From IMG/VR virus record IMGVR_UViG_3300035670_000036: a stretch of 64,000 bases of DNA. One strand, given 5' to 3'. Shown here in pieces: positions 41,216 through 50,391 of this stretch. A program made the translations under genes and the position numbers. Source of the DNA: an uncultured virus (IMG/VR IMGVR_UViG_3300035670_000036) (lineage: Duplodnaviria > Heunggongvirae > Uroviricota > Caudoviricetes). How positions within the stretch are numbered: the stretch's first letter is position 1; each line of letters begins with the position of its first letter. The notes below the pieces were generated by a model that worked only from the letters and a program-made list of their open reading frames with translations, did no database searches and was not told where the DNA came from.

Positions 41216-44004
41216 ATGGAAAAAGAATTTGTAAGCTATGAACTGGCTTTAGAACTCAAAGAATTAGGTTTTGATGAGCCTTGTTTTACATATTATTACA
41301 ATGTTTCCAGCAAATTAAGAACAAATACATCGGTTGATATAAATAATGGTTGGATATACTCACTAAATAAAAAATTAGCAATTACTTTAGCTCCAACATT
41401 TTCCCAGGCATTCAAATTTTTTAGAGAGGAATACAAATTACCTTCTTGGGTATATACTAGCGATAATGAAAAATTTTACTTTGGCATTCTCAGAGATACA
41501 CGTTTCCTTATCGATGGTAATAAACCTTGGGAGACATACGAAGAAGCGGAGTTGGCGTGTTTACTAAAATTGATTGAAGTAGTTAAAAACAAATGATATG
41601 ATTATGAGTTCTAAAGATATTATTATTTATGAATTCGCTCTAAAAATTAAAAACCTTGGATTTGATGAGCCTTGTATTGGTAATTACAGAAAAGTTCAAG
41701 TATCAGATGCTAAAACGGGAGACTCTTCCGAATCTACCGTATATTTGGATATGATGACTTTTACTATGAATTTTAATGAGAATAATAAAGATACAGATGC
41801 TTCAGCTCTTACATATTCTCAAGCATTTAGATTTTTTAGAGAGAAGTATGATCTTTTTGGATGTATTGATTTACATGTGAGTACACCTCTTCATTGGTAT
41901 GTGAGAATTGATAAAATTTCTATTAATGATTATGTTTACCATTCAGAAGATGATTCTAAATATTATGTCAAGTACGAGGATGCGGAGATAGCATGTTTAA
42001 TGAAATTAATTGAAATTGTTGAAAATATATAATCATGGAAAAAGAATTTGTAAGTTTTGAAATTGCATTGAAACTTAAAGAATTGAGATTTGATGAAGAA
42101 TGTTTTAAATATTATACAAACACGGGAGAATTATATTTTAGTAACCTTTATGGAATACACGCTCCCGTATTTTCTCAAGCATTTAGATTTTTTAGAGAGA
42201 AGTATAACATGTTGGCAAATGTATATAGTAATGCAAGTGGATTTTGTTATGAATACAGTGATACTTTTGGAGGTACTCATAGACTTGATTCAGGATTTGA
42301 TGGGCCTAATCATTCAGGATGTTGGAATAGTTATGAAGATGCAGAACTAGCATGTTTACGAAAAATGATTGAGATTGTTAAAAATACATCAATATGAAAA
42401 ATAATTTTGTAATGAGAGAAGAATTTGTAAGTTTTGAAGTCGCAGTAAATCTTAAAAATGTGGGATTTGATGAACCATGTATAGCATTGTACAAAAATAA
42501 AAAATTAAGATATGAAATAAAAGATTGTAATGGCATTGTAGATTTTTATAATGAAGGTGGTAAAGTAATTTCATATTTAGCACCGACATTTTCTCAAGCA
42601 TTTAGATTTTTTAGAGAGAAGTATAAAATGGCTATAATTAATCCTGATTGGAATAATAAATTTAAGTACGAAATTTTTAATTTGCACTTATTAAATCAAG
42701 GGGTATTAGTTACAAAATCAGGATTTGAAACCTACGAAGAAGCAGAGTTAGCATGTTTACAAAAAATGATTGAGATTGTTAAAAATATATAATTATGATG
42801 AATGAACTTATTTCTTATAATGATTCTTTAATGCTTAGAGAATTAGGATTTGATGAGGCATGTTTTGCTTGGTATAGTAAGGGTCAATTAATACTTGAAC
42901 ATCATATCATATTTACTGGAGATCAATATTACATGAGAGAAGAGGATTGTAATGCCCCCACATTTTCTCAAGCATTTAGATTTTTTAGGGAGAAGTTTAA
43001 TCTTTTTAGTTGTGTTGAATTACATTTTAACTTTCCTATCCGTTATTATTTTATGATTGAGGAAATTGGTAATGATGATTTTGTTTACCACACAGAAGAT
43101 GAAACCATATTTTACGATAAATATGAGGATGCGGAAATAGCTTGTTTAAAACTATTAATTGAATTAGTTAAAAATAAATCAGTATGAAACATAACCCTGA
43201 ATCTAAAAAAGAATTTGTAAAATACGAAGTAGCAGTAGAACTTAAAAAATTAGGATTTGATGAGCCTTGTTTGGGTAGATGGTTAGTGGTAAAAGAATGG
43301 GAGGAACCAACGGGAGAAATTATACTACAACTAGGAACTAAAGCGGAGGACTATGATAAAGATCAATGTCCCGCACCACTATTTTCCCAGGCTTTTAGAT
43401 TTTTTAGGGAGAGACACGGATTATATAGTCTATATACAATGGGAGATTATGAGAATAACTTCTATTGGCAAATTTGGAGAAATGATTCTATCACTAAGAC
43501 TTATATCACAGCATCTAATTATGTGTTTGAAACGTATGAAGAAGCAGAGCTAGCATGTTTAATGAAATTAATTGAAATAAAAACTAAATCAATATGAAAG
43601 ATTTTGTTCCATATAATGAAGCGTTAAAACTTAAAGAATTAGGTTTTAATGAACCATGTATTTTCGGTTATAATGATTATCGTGTACTTAGAAGTAAAAT
43701 TGCATCATCATTTGATGGTGATTTTGTAAAATGGAATGAAAAATATGATAGAGATTTAAAAGCTCCATTATATCAACAGGCATTTAGATTTTTTAGGGAG
43801 AAGTATCAATGGCAATCATACATAGAACCAACTTCTGATCAACATAGTCGCGAACTTGGATACAACTACTGTCTTTGGAATTATAAAACAGGTGAGGAAT
43901 ATAATACAATGCCTCAAAATTGCCCCTCCGGAGATTGGGAGTTTGAAAAGTATGAAGATGCGGAATTGGCATGTTTAATAAAATTAATTGAAATAAACTC
44001 ATGA
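41216..44004 (+). repeat. tandem array of 7 paralogous CDSs (41216, 41598, 42035, 42394, 42795, 43184, 43594)
   Basis: Each has E.AL.LK.LGFDEPC, AP.FSQAFRFFREK and YE.AELACL.KLIE blocks separated by variable segments. Confidence 0.9.
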
Positions 44005-44685
44005 TACTAACACCAAGACAAAAAGCGTATGAGCTTCATACTTTCTATCGAAAGGTCATCTGGGATATTGGAGGTGAACTGGCGAGGACAATCCCTGTTT
44101 CAGAACGTGCAAAGGAATGCGCCTTGTTTACGGCAAATCAATGTCAAAAAGAATTGGAAGAGATTGGCCATTATAATTATTTTTATTGGGAAGAAGTTAA
44201 AGAAGAAATAGAGAAATTATGACACCAAAAGAAGAAGCAAAAGAATTAGTTGATACATTCTATCAAACAACGCCTAATGAGACTTGGATTGATGAGCCTT
44301 TAGGAGAATTTATGAAAACCTACACAGCTTGGGGACAGGCCAAACAATGTGCTTTGATTGCAGTTGATAAGATATTGTTTGTACTTGACTTTAATCTTGA
44401 TTTTAAAATGGAAAGGTCTATTGCACATTATTTAGAAGTTAAACAAGAAATAGAGAAATTATGAGATTATCACCTAAAGAAAAAGCAGAAGAATTAGTAT
44501 TGAGGTATCTAAGAATTGATAATAATACTAAAGAATGGTTTAATTCGTATATAGCTAAACAATGTGCTTTAATTGCAGTTGATGAATGTATTGAATTGCA
44601 TTTTAATTTAGAGAGTGATGCAAATGGGATTGGAGATAGTTTTAAATATTGGTTAGAAGTTAAAGAGGAAATTATTAAACTTTAA
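44001..44685 (+). repeat. tandem array of 3 paralogous small CDSs (44001, 44219, 44461)
   Basis: P...A.EL...AK.CAL..........EVK.EI.KL. Confidence 0.85.
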
Positions 44686-44698
44686 AAACAATTATAAA

Positions 44699-44953
44699 AT
44701 GTCAGAAGAAAAAGCATTGTTAGCAGCTCAAATTTTAGAGAGACTTACTAAATTTAGACGTATTTTTAAAATATTAGTAGAAAGTAGAGAGATCCCTGAG
44801 ATTACAATTAGATGTAAAGATATTAGCTTTAAGGAAAGTACTTTACATATTAATGGAGATGATCCAGGATTTAAGAGTATTTTTGTTGAGTTTAATAAAG
44901 ATGCTATAAGTTATCATATTAATAAACTGGAGGAAGAATTGGAAAATTTGTAG
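44699..44953 (+). CDS. hypothetical protein
   Basis: ORF. Confidence 0.6.
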   Translation: MSEEKALLAAQILERLTKFRRIFKILVESREIPEITIRCKDISFKESTLHINGDDPGFKSIFVEFNKDAISYHINKLEEELENL

Positions 44954-45056
44954 ATTCCCCGCGGAAAATTAAGAAAATATTAACATAGGGGGAATTGACT
45001 TTATCGAATATTCCTCCTATATTTGCAACATATTATTTACCAATTACAAAAATGAT

Positions 45057-45419
45057 ATGATAAACGAGCTAAGAAAAAAAGAATCACAACAAATTAAAAA
45101 CGAAAACATGATAAACAAGATTAATGAAGAAATTGCGGAGCAGTTTGGTTTAAACTTTGATGAATTACTAGATGATTTTTTAGAAGATTCTTATAATGAA
45201 CATAGGCGAGGATCTACATTCTATGTACAATCTATTGTGGAAATAGATGAAGAGAATTATCCGGATATTGATAAACAACTTTATGGTTATTGGCAAACAA
45301 ATCAATATGTTTTTAGCGATGATTATGGTTATGACAAAAGAGATATTGATACCTTAACGAGAGTAACCGTAAAAGAAAAAACTGTTATTGAAAAATATTG
45401 GGAAGAAGTAGAAAATTAA
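45057..45419 (+). CDS. hypothetical acidic protein
   Basis: Hairpin promoter upstream. Confidence 0.6.
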   Translation: MINELRKKESQQIKNENMINKINEEIAEQFGLNFDELLDDFLEDSYNEHRRGSTFYVQSIVEIDEENYPDIDKQLYGYWQTNQYVFSDDYGYDKRDIDTLTRVTVKEKTVIEKYWEEVEN

Positions 45420-45429
45420 TGGTAAAATT

Positions 45430-45933
45430 ATGAACAAAGAATTTCCAACATCTTATAATCATTTAATTTCCCTAGCGCCCAGGACATTGAAAGAGTTGTT
45501 ATTCAATCAATGGGGAGCTAAACAAAACGTAGTATGGCATCCAGAGGGGAATACCTTAAAGCATATTATTGTAGTATTGCGAAGAGCTTATGAAGAGTAT
45601 CCGGATAATCCTAACATGATAATGGCAGCTCTATTCCACGACTTAGGGAAAATGGAAACCTATGGTATAAACGAAAAAACGGGGCAGCCAACTGCGTATG
45701 GCCATGAACATAAGTCGGCAGAGTATGTTTTGCAGTATAAAGATTGGATCCTGTCTTTTGAGGGAACGGACATTGAATCCATACATTTTATAGTAAAGAA
45801 TCACATGTTGGTAAAGTATCCTGATCCAGTACTAGAATCCATTAGGCCATTCAAGCGAGAAGCTATTGAAAATCATAGGTCATTCTATGATTTAATATCT
45901 TTCTCTACAATCGACAAAGGAGGAATTAATTAA
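45430..45933 (+). CDS. stand-alone HD-domain phosphohydrolase resembling the HD domain of CCA-adding enzymes
   Basis: Q...WHPEG.TLKH...AALFHDLGK...AYGHE..SA...NHM. Confidence 0.8.
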   Translation: MNKEFPTSYNHLISLAPRTLKELLFNQWGAKQNVVWHPEGNTLKHIIVVLRRAYEEYPDNPNMIMAALFHDLGKMETYGINEKTGQPTAYGHEHKSAEYVLQYKDWILSFEGTDIESIHFIVKNHMLVKYPDPVLESIRPFKREAIENHRSFYDLISFSTIDKGGIN

Positions 45934-45950
45934 CTTTAAAAACATAAATT

Positions 45951-46211
45951 ATGAGCTCAATAACAGTAGAAGCAGAAATTGACTTGGATGATTACCTAGA
46001 TGAAATTGTTTATGAATTTAGGACCTGTAATCGTTTCAGGCGAGATCTATTAAAAGCAATGGAAGAAGAGGATATTAAAGTGGTCGACAAAAATGATGAA
46101 AATGAGGATGATGATGAAAGATGTGTATGGATTAATAAAATTTTAGTTAATTATTGGAAGTTGACTCAAGAAGAAACTGATTTAATTAAAAAAATTGCAG
46201 ATAGATTTTAA
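45951..46211 (+). CDS. hypothetical protein
   Basis: ORF. Confidence 0.6.
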   Translation: MSSITVEAEIDLDDYLDEIVYEFRTCNRFRRDLLKAMEEEDIKVVDKNDENEDDDERCVWINKILVNYWKLTQEETDLIKKIADRF

Positions 46212-46290
46212 AATGACATGAAATAATTTGTTTTTGTCATTTTTATTCGTATCTTTGTGTATTATTATTTCCCTTTTAAAAATATTAATT

Positions 46291-46647
46291 ATGTCTGAAG
46301 AATCGTATAATTCAGGTCTTAGTTTCATGGGTGCATTAACTATCCTATTCACTGCCTTAAAACTTACTAATTATATAGATTGGTCTTGGTGGTGGGTTCT
46401 GTCTCTTATGTGGCTTCCGCTTATTATTTCACTTTTAAAAATATTAATTATGTCTAAAGAATCGTCTAATTCAGGTCTTAGTTTCATGGGTGCATTAACT
46501 ATCCTATTCACTGCCTTAAAACTTACTAATTATATAGATTGGTCTTGGTGGTGGGTTCTGTCTCCTATGTGGCTTCCGCTATTTGTTCTATTAATATCTG
46601 CGGGACTAATATCGGTTATTAAGTATGTCAAAAGTACAAAAAAATAA
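46291..46647 (+). CDS. membrane protein (LKL..YIDWSWWWVLSP.W family) with a 159-bp in-frame tandem duplication
   Basis: Near-identical 159-bp units; ATGs at 46291 and 46450. Confidence 0.75.
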   Translation: MSEESYNSGLSFMGALTILFTALKLTNYIDWSWWWVLSLMWLPLIISLLKILIMSKESSNSGLSFMGALTILFTALKLTNYIDWSWWWVLSPMWLPLFVLLISAGLISVIKYVKSTKK

Positions 46648-46653
46648 ATAGTT

Positions 46654-46917
46654 ATGAGTAGTTTCGATTATCAAGGTTTAACGCCTAAAAGAGTATTTCC
46701 GGAGTCTATGGATGAAAGTCTCATTGGAAGAAAAGTAATGTATAAAGAAGAATGGAATAATGTCAATGTTCAATATGAGCATGGTACCATCACTTCATTT
46801 AATGAGAGATATGTTTTTATTGATTTTAGAGGTAATGGATTTGGGCAAGCGTGTAAATATCATAATGTCTTGTTAGCCCCCACGAGTATTGCCCCTCACA
46901 TTTGTACACTACCTTAA
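46654..46917 (+). CDS. hypothetical SH3-like protein
   Basis: IGRKVMY...EHG.ITSFNERYVFIDF. Confidence 0.55.
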   Translation: MSSFDYQGLTPKRVFPESMDESLIGRKVMYKEEWNNVNVQYEHGTITSFNERYVFIDFRGNGFGQACKYHNVLLAPTSIAPHICTLP

Positions 46918-46931
46918 TTAAATCTTATATC

Positions 46932-47576
46932 ATGTTGTATGTTAGTATTGATATTGAAACAAGTGGGTTGAATCCTAATAAAGATCAAATCCTATCATTT
47001 GGGGCAATTATTGAAGATACAAGTAAAATGTTATCATTTGAAGATTGTCCTAAGTTCTATGCTACTGTTATTCATAGACGTATTAAAGGATCTCCGGAGG
47101 CATTATCGATGAATATGGATCTTGTTCAGGACATTTCAGATTATTTAGAAAATGAAAGTAATGATGCATTAAATAATGTTGTAGGTAATTGGAATCCTAT
47201 TTTTGTTGAGACTTTTACATTAACTGCATGTTTTACATCTTTTCTAGATGCTAATGGAATTAAAGCTAATTCTAGGTATGGTAGATTTAAGATAAATGTA
47301 GCTGGAAAGAATTTTGCTGCATTTGACATGTTATTCTTAAATAATGTTCCTGGATGGGGTGGATTTATTGATGTTCATAAAAGAGTGTTGGACCCCGCAA
47401 TTTTATATTTTGATTTGGTAAGAGATTCCGAGTTACCGTCTTTAGATATATGTAAGATGAGAGCTAAGATTGATGGGGATGTTAGTCATAATGCTTTATT
47501 AGATGCATGGGATGTTATTCAATTAATAAGACATAAATTTGATATGACTCACAGCGGAAAATTAACATATTATTAA
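46932..47576 (+). CDS. DEDDh 3'-5' exonuclease (DnaQ/oligoribonuclease-like)
   Basis: IDIETSG, AGKNFAAFD, HNALLDA. Confidence 0.88.
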   Translation: MLYVSIDIETSGLNPNKDQILSFGAIIEDTSKMLSFEDCPKFYATVIHRRIKGSPEALSMNMDLVQDISDYLENESNDALNNVVGNWNPIFVETFTLTACFTSFLDANGIKANSRYGRFKINVAGKNFAAFDMLFLNNVPGWGGFIDVHKRVLDPAILYFDLVRDSELPSLDICKMRAKIDGDVSHNALLDAWDVIQLIRHKFDMTHSGKLTYY

Positions 47577-47628
47577 CAAAGTAGGTATTGTTTTTGTGGA
47601 AGAACATACTTATATTTGCATTGTAATT

Positions 47629-47754
47629 AGTCAGATGGCGAAACAAGGGCAGTGCTGATAAAGCTGATTCCTGATGGTAGACGCTAGCGTTGTAAAGGTA
47701 GAATGATAAATAGATTACGCTTCATTCGTACAGGTTCGAGTCCTGTTCTGACCA
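47629..47754 (+). ncRNA. tRNA-like RNA 5 (D-loop and anticodon-loop inserts), just downstream of a TATATTTG promoter box
   Basis: (A)GTCAGA/TCTGAC(C); GCG...GGTAGACGC with a ~30-nt insert; AGCGT-N26-ACGCT; ACAGG-TTCGAGT-CCTGT. Confidence 0.75.
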
Positions 47755-47832
47755 CGATGTCTAGGTAGCGCCTAGATGAACTTAGGGCGGTAACGGGCTA
47801 GCCTAAGAGAGATTGAAAAAAAGCCCGTACAT

Positions 47833-47945
47833 GGTCAGGTGGTGTAATGGTAACATTGTGGTGAATTTCGAAATATACAACTATTTCTAGACCATCCAGA
47901 CACGTGCGGGGCGTGTTGTTGCAGGTTCGAATCCTGCCCTGACCA
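47833..47945 (+). ncRNA. tRNA-like RNA 6
   Basis: GGTCAGG/CCTGACC; GTGT-AATGGTA-ACAT; GTGGT-N28-ACCAT; variable stem GACACG/CGTGTT; canonical T arm. Confidence 0.78.
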
Positions 47946-48170
47946 CAATGAGTAAGAGATACTCAGTAGACTTGTCAATGTCTCATTTAAACTTGGTAGG
48001 GTATTGGACTGGACATCCTTAAACGCCAGTCTCGTAGGAATAAAGGGAAAGCACAATCCCTCCTAGTAGTGTGATTTTAGATTTCATGTGGTAAGACACT
48101 AATGGTTAGAGTTTTTAAGAAAACAAAACCGTTAAAATCTACTCACCAGTAATCTCATGGTGAGGAAAAT

Positions 48171-48249
48171 GGTCAGGTGGGCGTAATGAGGAAGGGTTTC
48201 CGAGTCCAGTAAAACGGTTGCTTATCCGGTTCAAGTCCGGCCCTGACCA
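48171..48249 (+). ncRNA. tRNA-like RNA 7
   Basis: GGTCAGG/CCTGACC; CCGG-TTCAAGT-CCGG; enlarged D arm; AGTAA-AACGG-TTGCT (5-nt loop). Confidence 0.65.
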
Positions 48250-48398
48250 CAAAAAGCCCTCTGCCTAGCGCTGGGTATGGATCGAAGATAGAGATTACAG
48301 ATATGCGACTTATACTCGTGTATTGGCGTGGACGCTCTCCGAATCGTAGGTCGGCATAGTTTGTGTGTTCTAGGGGTATTACAAAAACACTCATTTTT

Positions 48399-48492
48399 AG
48401 AAAGGTGGCGAAAATGGATAAACGTAAGGACAGCGTAATAGCTTATAAAAAGGTCTCCGAAAAAGTTGCAGGTTCAAATCCTGTCCTTTCTA
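48399..48492 (+). ncRNA. tRNA-like RNA 8
   Basis: AGAAAGG/CCTTTCT; GCG-AAAATGGATAAA-CGT; enlarged anticodon loop; GCAGG-TTCAAAT-CCTGT. Confidence 0.7.
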
Positions 48493-48543
48493 CATTTTAT
48501 ATCTTTTAAAAAACTTTTTTACACACACTTAAAATTTATTTTT

Positions 48544-48930
48544 ATGGAAACAAACTTCAAGATTGCCAAATTTGTAAGAAATGACAATTCATTCGAAAAG
48601 ACCGGGTATGATGAATATTCAATTACATATTTAAAGGGAGTTAAGGTTCATGAATTGAGAATTGTTGTAAATGGATATTTAACTAAACAAACAATAAACA
48701 TAATTGATTTTAGTTCAGGATATAAAAACAAAATATTAGTTGGTATTAAAGAATATCTTGAAAATGGTAAAGATAGTAAAAATAAAGTCACTAAAAAGGT
48801 AACACTGTATTACTTAGAAACTTTTTATTCAAAAAAGATAATTCATAATGTTAAATCATTTTTATTGCCTATTAATAAAGAAGAGTCAAGAGATAAATTA
48901 ACAGAGCTTGGGTTAATAAATTTTGCATAA
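48544..48930 (+). CDS. hypothetical protein (start METNF)
   Basis: CACTTAAA leader before the ATG. Confidence 0.65.
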   Translation: METNFKIAKFVRNDNSFEKTGYDEYSITYLKGVKVHELRIVVNGYLTKQTINIIDFSSGYKNKILVGIKEYLENGKDSKNKVTKKVTLYYLETFYSKKIIHNVKSFLLPINKEESRDKLTELGLINFA

Positions 48931-48976
48931 TGTTTGCGAATAATTTTAATCCGGCTCTCATTAAAAAACAAAAATT

Positions 48977-49222
48977 ATGACAACAGTAGAGAAAATGATT
49001 CATATTAAAAAGCTAGTAGAAGAAGTGGAATCAGAAGTACGGGAAACGGCTAGACATATAGAAGATGTTGATTGGCCGCTTTACAGAATGCTTACAGAAG
49101 GATGCGCCGACCGGTTTAAGGATATATCTAAAAACCTATCAACAGGATATACAATTGAAAGTTGGGAGAAGCAATTGTGGCAGGCTTATAAGTTAATTTG
49201 GCCAAATTCGGTAAAACTTTAA
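48977..49222 (+). CDS. hypothetical protein
   Basis: ORF. Confidence 0.6.
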   Translation: MTTVEKMIHIKKLVEEVESEVRETARHIEDVDWPLYRMLTEGCADRFKDISKNLSTGYTIESWEKQLWQAYKLIWPNSVKL

Positions 49223-49572
49223 ATGATTAAAAATGAATAGTATACTAATATGTATTTCACTACAATTTGTTTTGTTTACACCATTTTATTTAATTTGGAG
49301 AAACGACTGTAAAGAAATAGGTAAAGAAAAGTTAGCAGTAAGTTTAACTGAAAGGTTTATTTCTTGGGTATTATTTTGCCCAATTTGGATCATTCCATTT
49401 ATTCGTTAAATTCCTTCCTTCATACAAATTTAAAAATAATAGATCATGAAAACATTGTTTGAAATTTATAGAAAACAAGCATCTATTGCTTATAATTACC
49501 CATCAGTTAAATTGTGCTCAGATGGTGATGTAATAAATTATTTGAGAAGTATTAAGTTATAAGAACTAATAT

Positions 49573-49715
49573 AGCAAGGTGGCGGAATTGGTAGACGCTT
49601 AAAACATGATAAGGTTGACGTGGTGTAAATAGTCGAAGAGTTTATCCTTCACATTCTAACGAATCCATTTATGTTATACAGTTCAACTTTGCAGGTTCGA
49701 ATCCTGCCCTTGCTA
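49573..49715 (+). ncRNA. tRNA-like RNA 9 with a long anticodon-arm insert
   Basis: AGCAAGG/CCTTGCT; TGGCGGAATTGGTAGACGC (Leu-type); AACATGA...TTATGTT enclosing ~60 nt; canonical T arm. Confidence 0.78.
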
Positions 49716-49730
49716 CAAAATAAATAAGCT

Positions 49731-49982
49731 ATGAGACAATTTGAAAAAAATGAATGGAGTCATTTACATGACGTTGTATTAAGTGCAACATGGGATAAAT
49801 CCAAAAAATTATCCCAGTCTGAATTGGAGGATTTATTTGAAGAGTTTCCTGAACATATCAAAGAAGATGCGTATAAACATGGATTAAATAATTCAGTAGT
49901 TAGTGATACTATTTACGTTTGGATTGAGAAAAATAATATACAAGAACGTGAACAGGATTTACTAACAAGTTATGGTAGATAA
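49731..49982 (+). CDS. hypothetical protein
   Basis: ORF between two tRNA-like RNAs. Confidence 0.6.
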   Translation: MRQFEKNEWSHLHDVVLSATWDKSKKLSQSELEDLFEEFPEHIKEDAYKHGLNNSVVSDTIYVWIEKNNIQEREQDLLTSYGR

Positions 49983-49988
49983 CAGATT

Positions 49989-50232
49989 AGCAAGGTGGCG
50001 GAATGTTCAAACAACCCCGTTCTAGTCGGAAAAATAATGTGGTTCGAATCCACTACGGGGTTAATGTTTGAACTTGGTAGACGCTTAAGGGTTGGATAGA
50101 TGTTGCAACGTAAAACAGAGAAAATAACCTAACAAATCATACACTGACAGTTGTAATTGTAAGTTTACTGTAGCAGAATACAGTCTTTACAGCTGAAAAT
50201 CTATCGTGCAGGTTCGAATCCTGTCCTTGCTA
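49989..50232 (+). ncRNA. tRNA-like RNA 10 (244 nt) with a nested T-loop helix in the D loop
   Basis: AGCAAGG/CCTTGCT; the D loop is split by GTTCAAACA...TGTTTGAAC; large downstream insert GATAGAT...ATCTATC. Confidence 0.75.
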
Positions 50233-50294
50233 CGCAAAAAACATAAGATGGAGTTTCCTTACCTTGTAAAAGATGGGTTTTAGAAATCTTAACT

Positions 50295-50371
50295 AGTCAG
50301 GTGGCAGATTGGTATGCAACTCTCGGTGTAAACAAAAGGGTGATAAGCAGGTTCGATTCCTGTCCTGACTA
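50295..50371 (+). ncRNA. tRNA-like RNA 11 (13-nt anticodon loop)
   Basis: AGTCAGG/CCTGACT; GCA-GATTGGTA-TGC; ACTCT-CGGTGTAAACAAA-AGGGT; GCAGG-TTCGATT-CCTGT. Confidence 0.78.
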
Positions 50372-50391
50372 CAAATTTCAAAACAATTATC

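Noticed and set aside
47835..48394. Minus-strand ORFs 47835-48056 and 48173-48394
   Set aside because: They are antisense to the tRNA-like RNAs and run against local gene orientation.
33068..50232. Group I introns or tmRNA as the explanation for the tRNA inserts
   Set aside because: The inserts are too short and unrelated for group I cores. The acceptor stems lack the GGGG start and G3:U70 pair of tmRNA, and no tag ORF was recognised.
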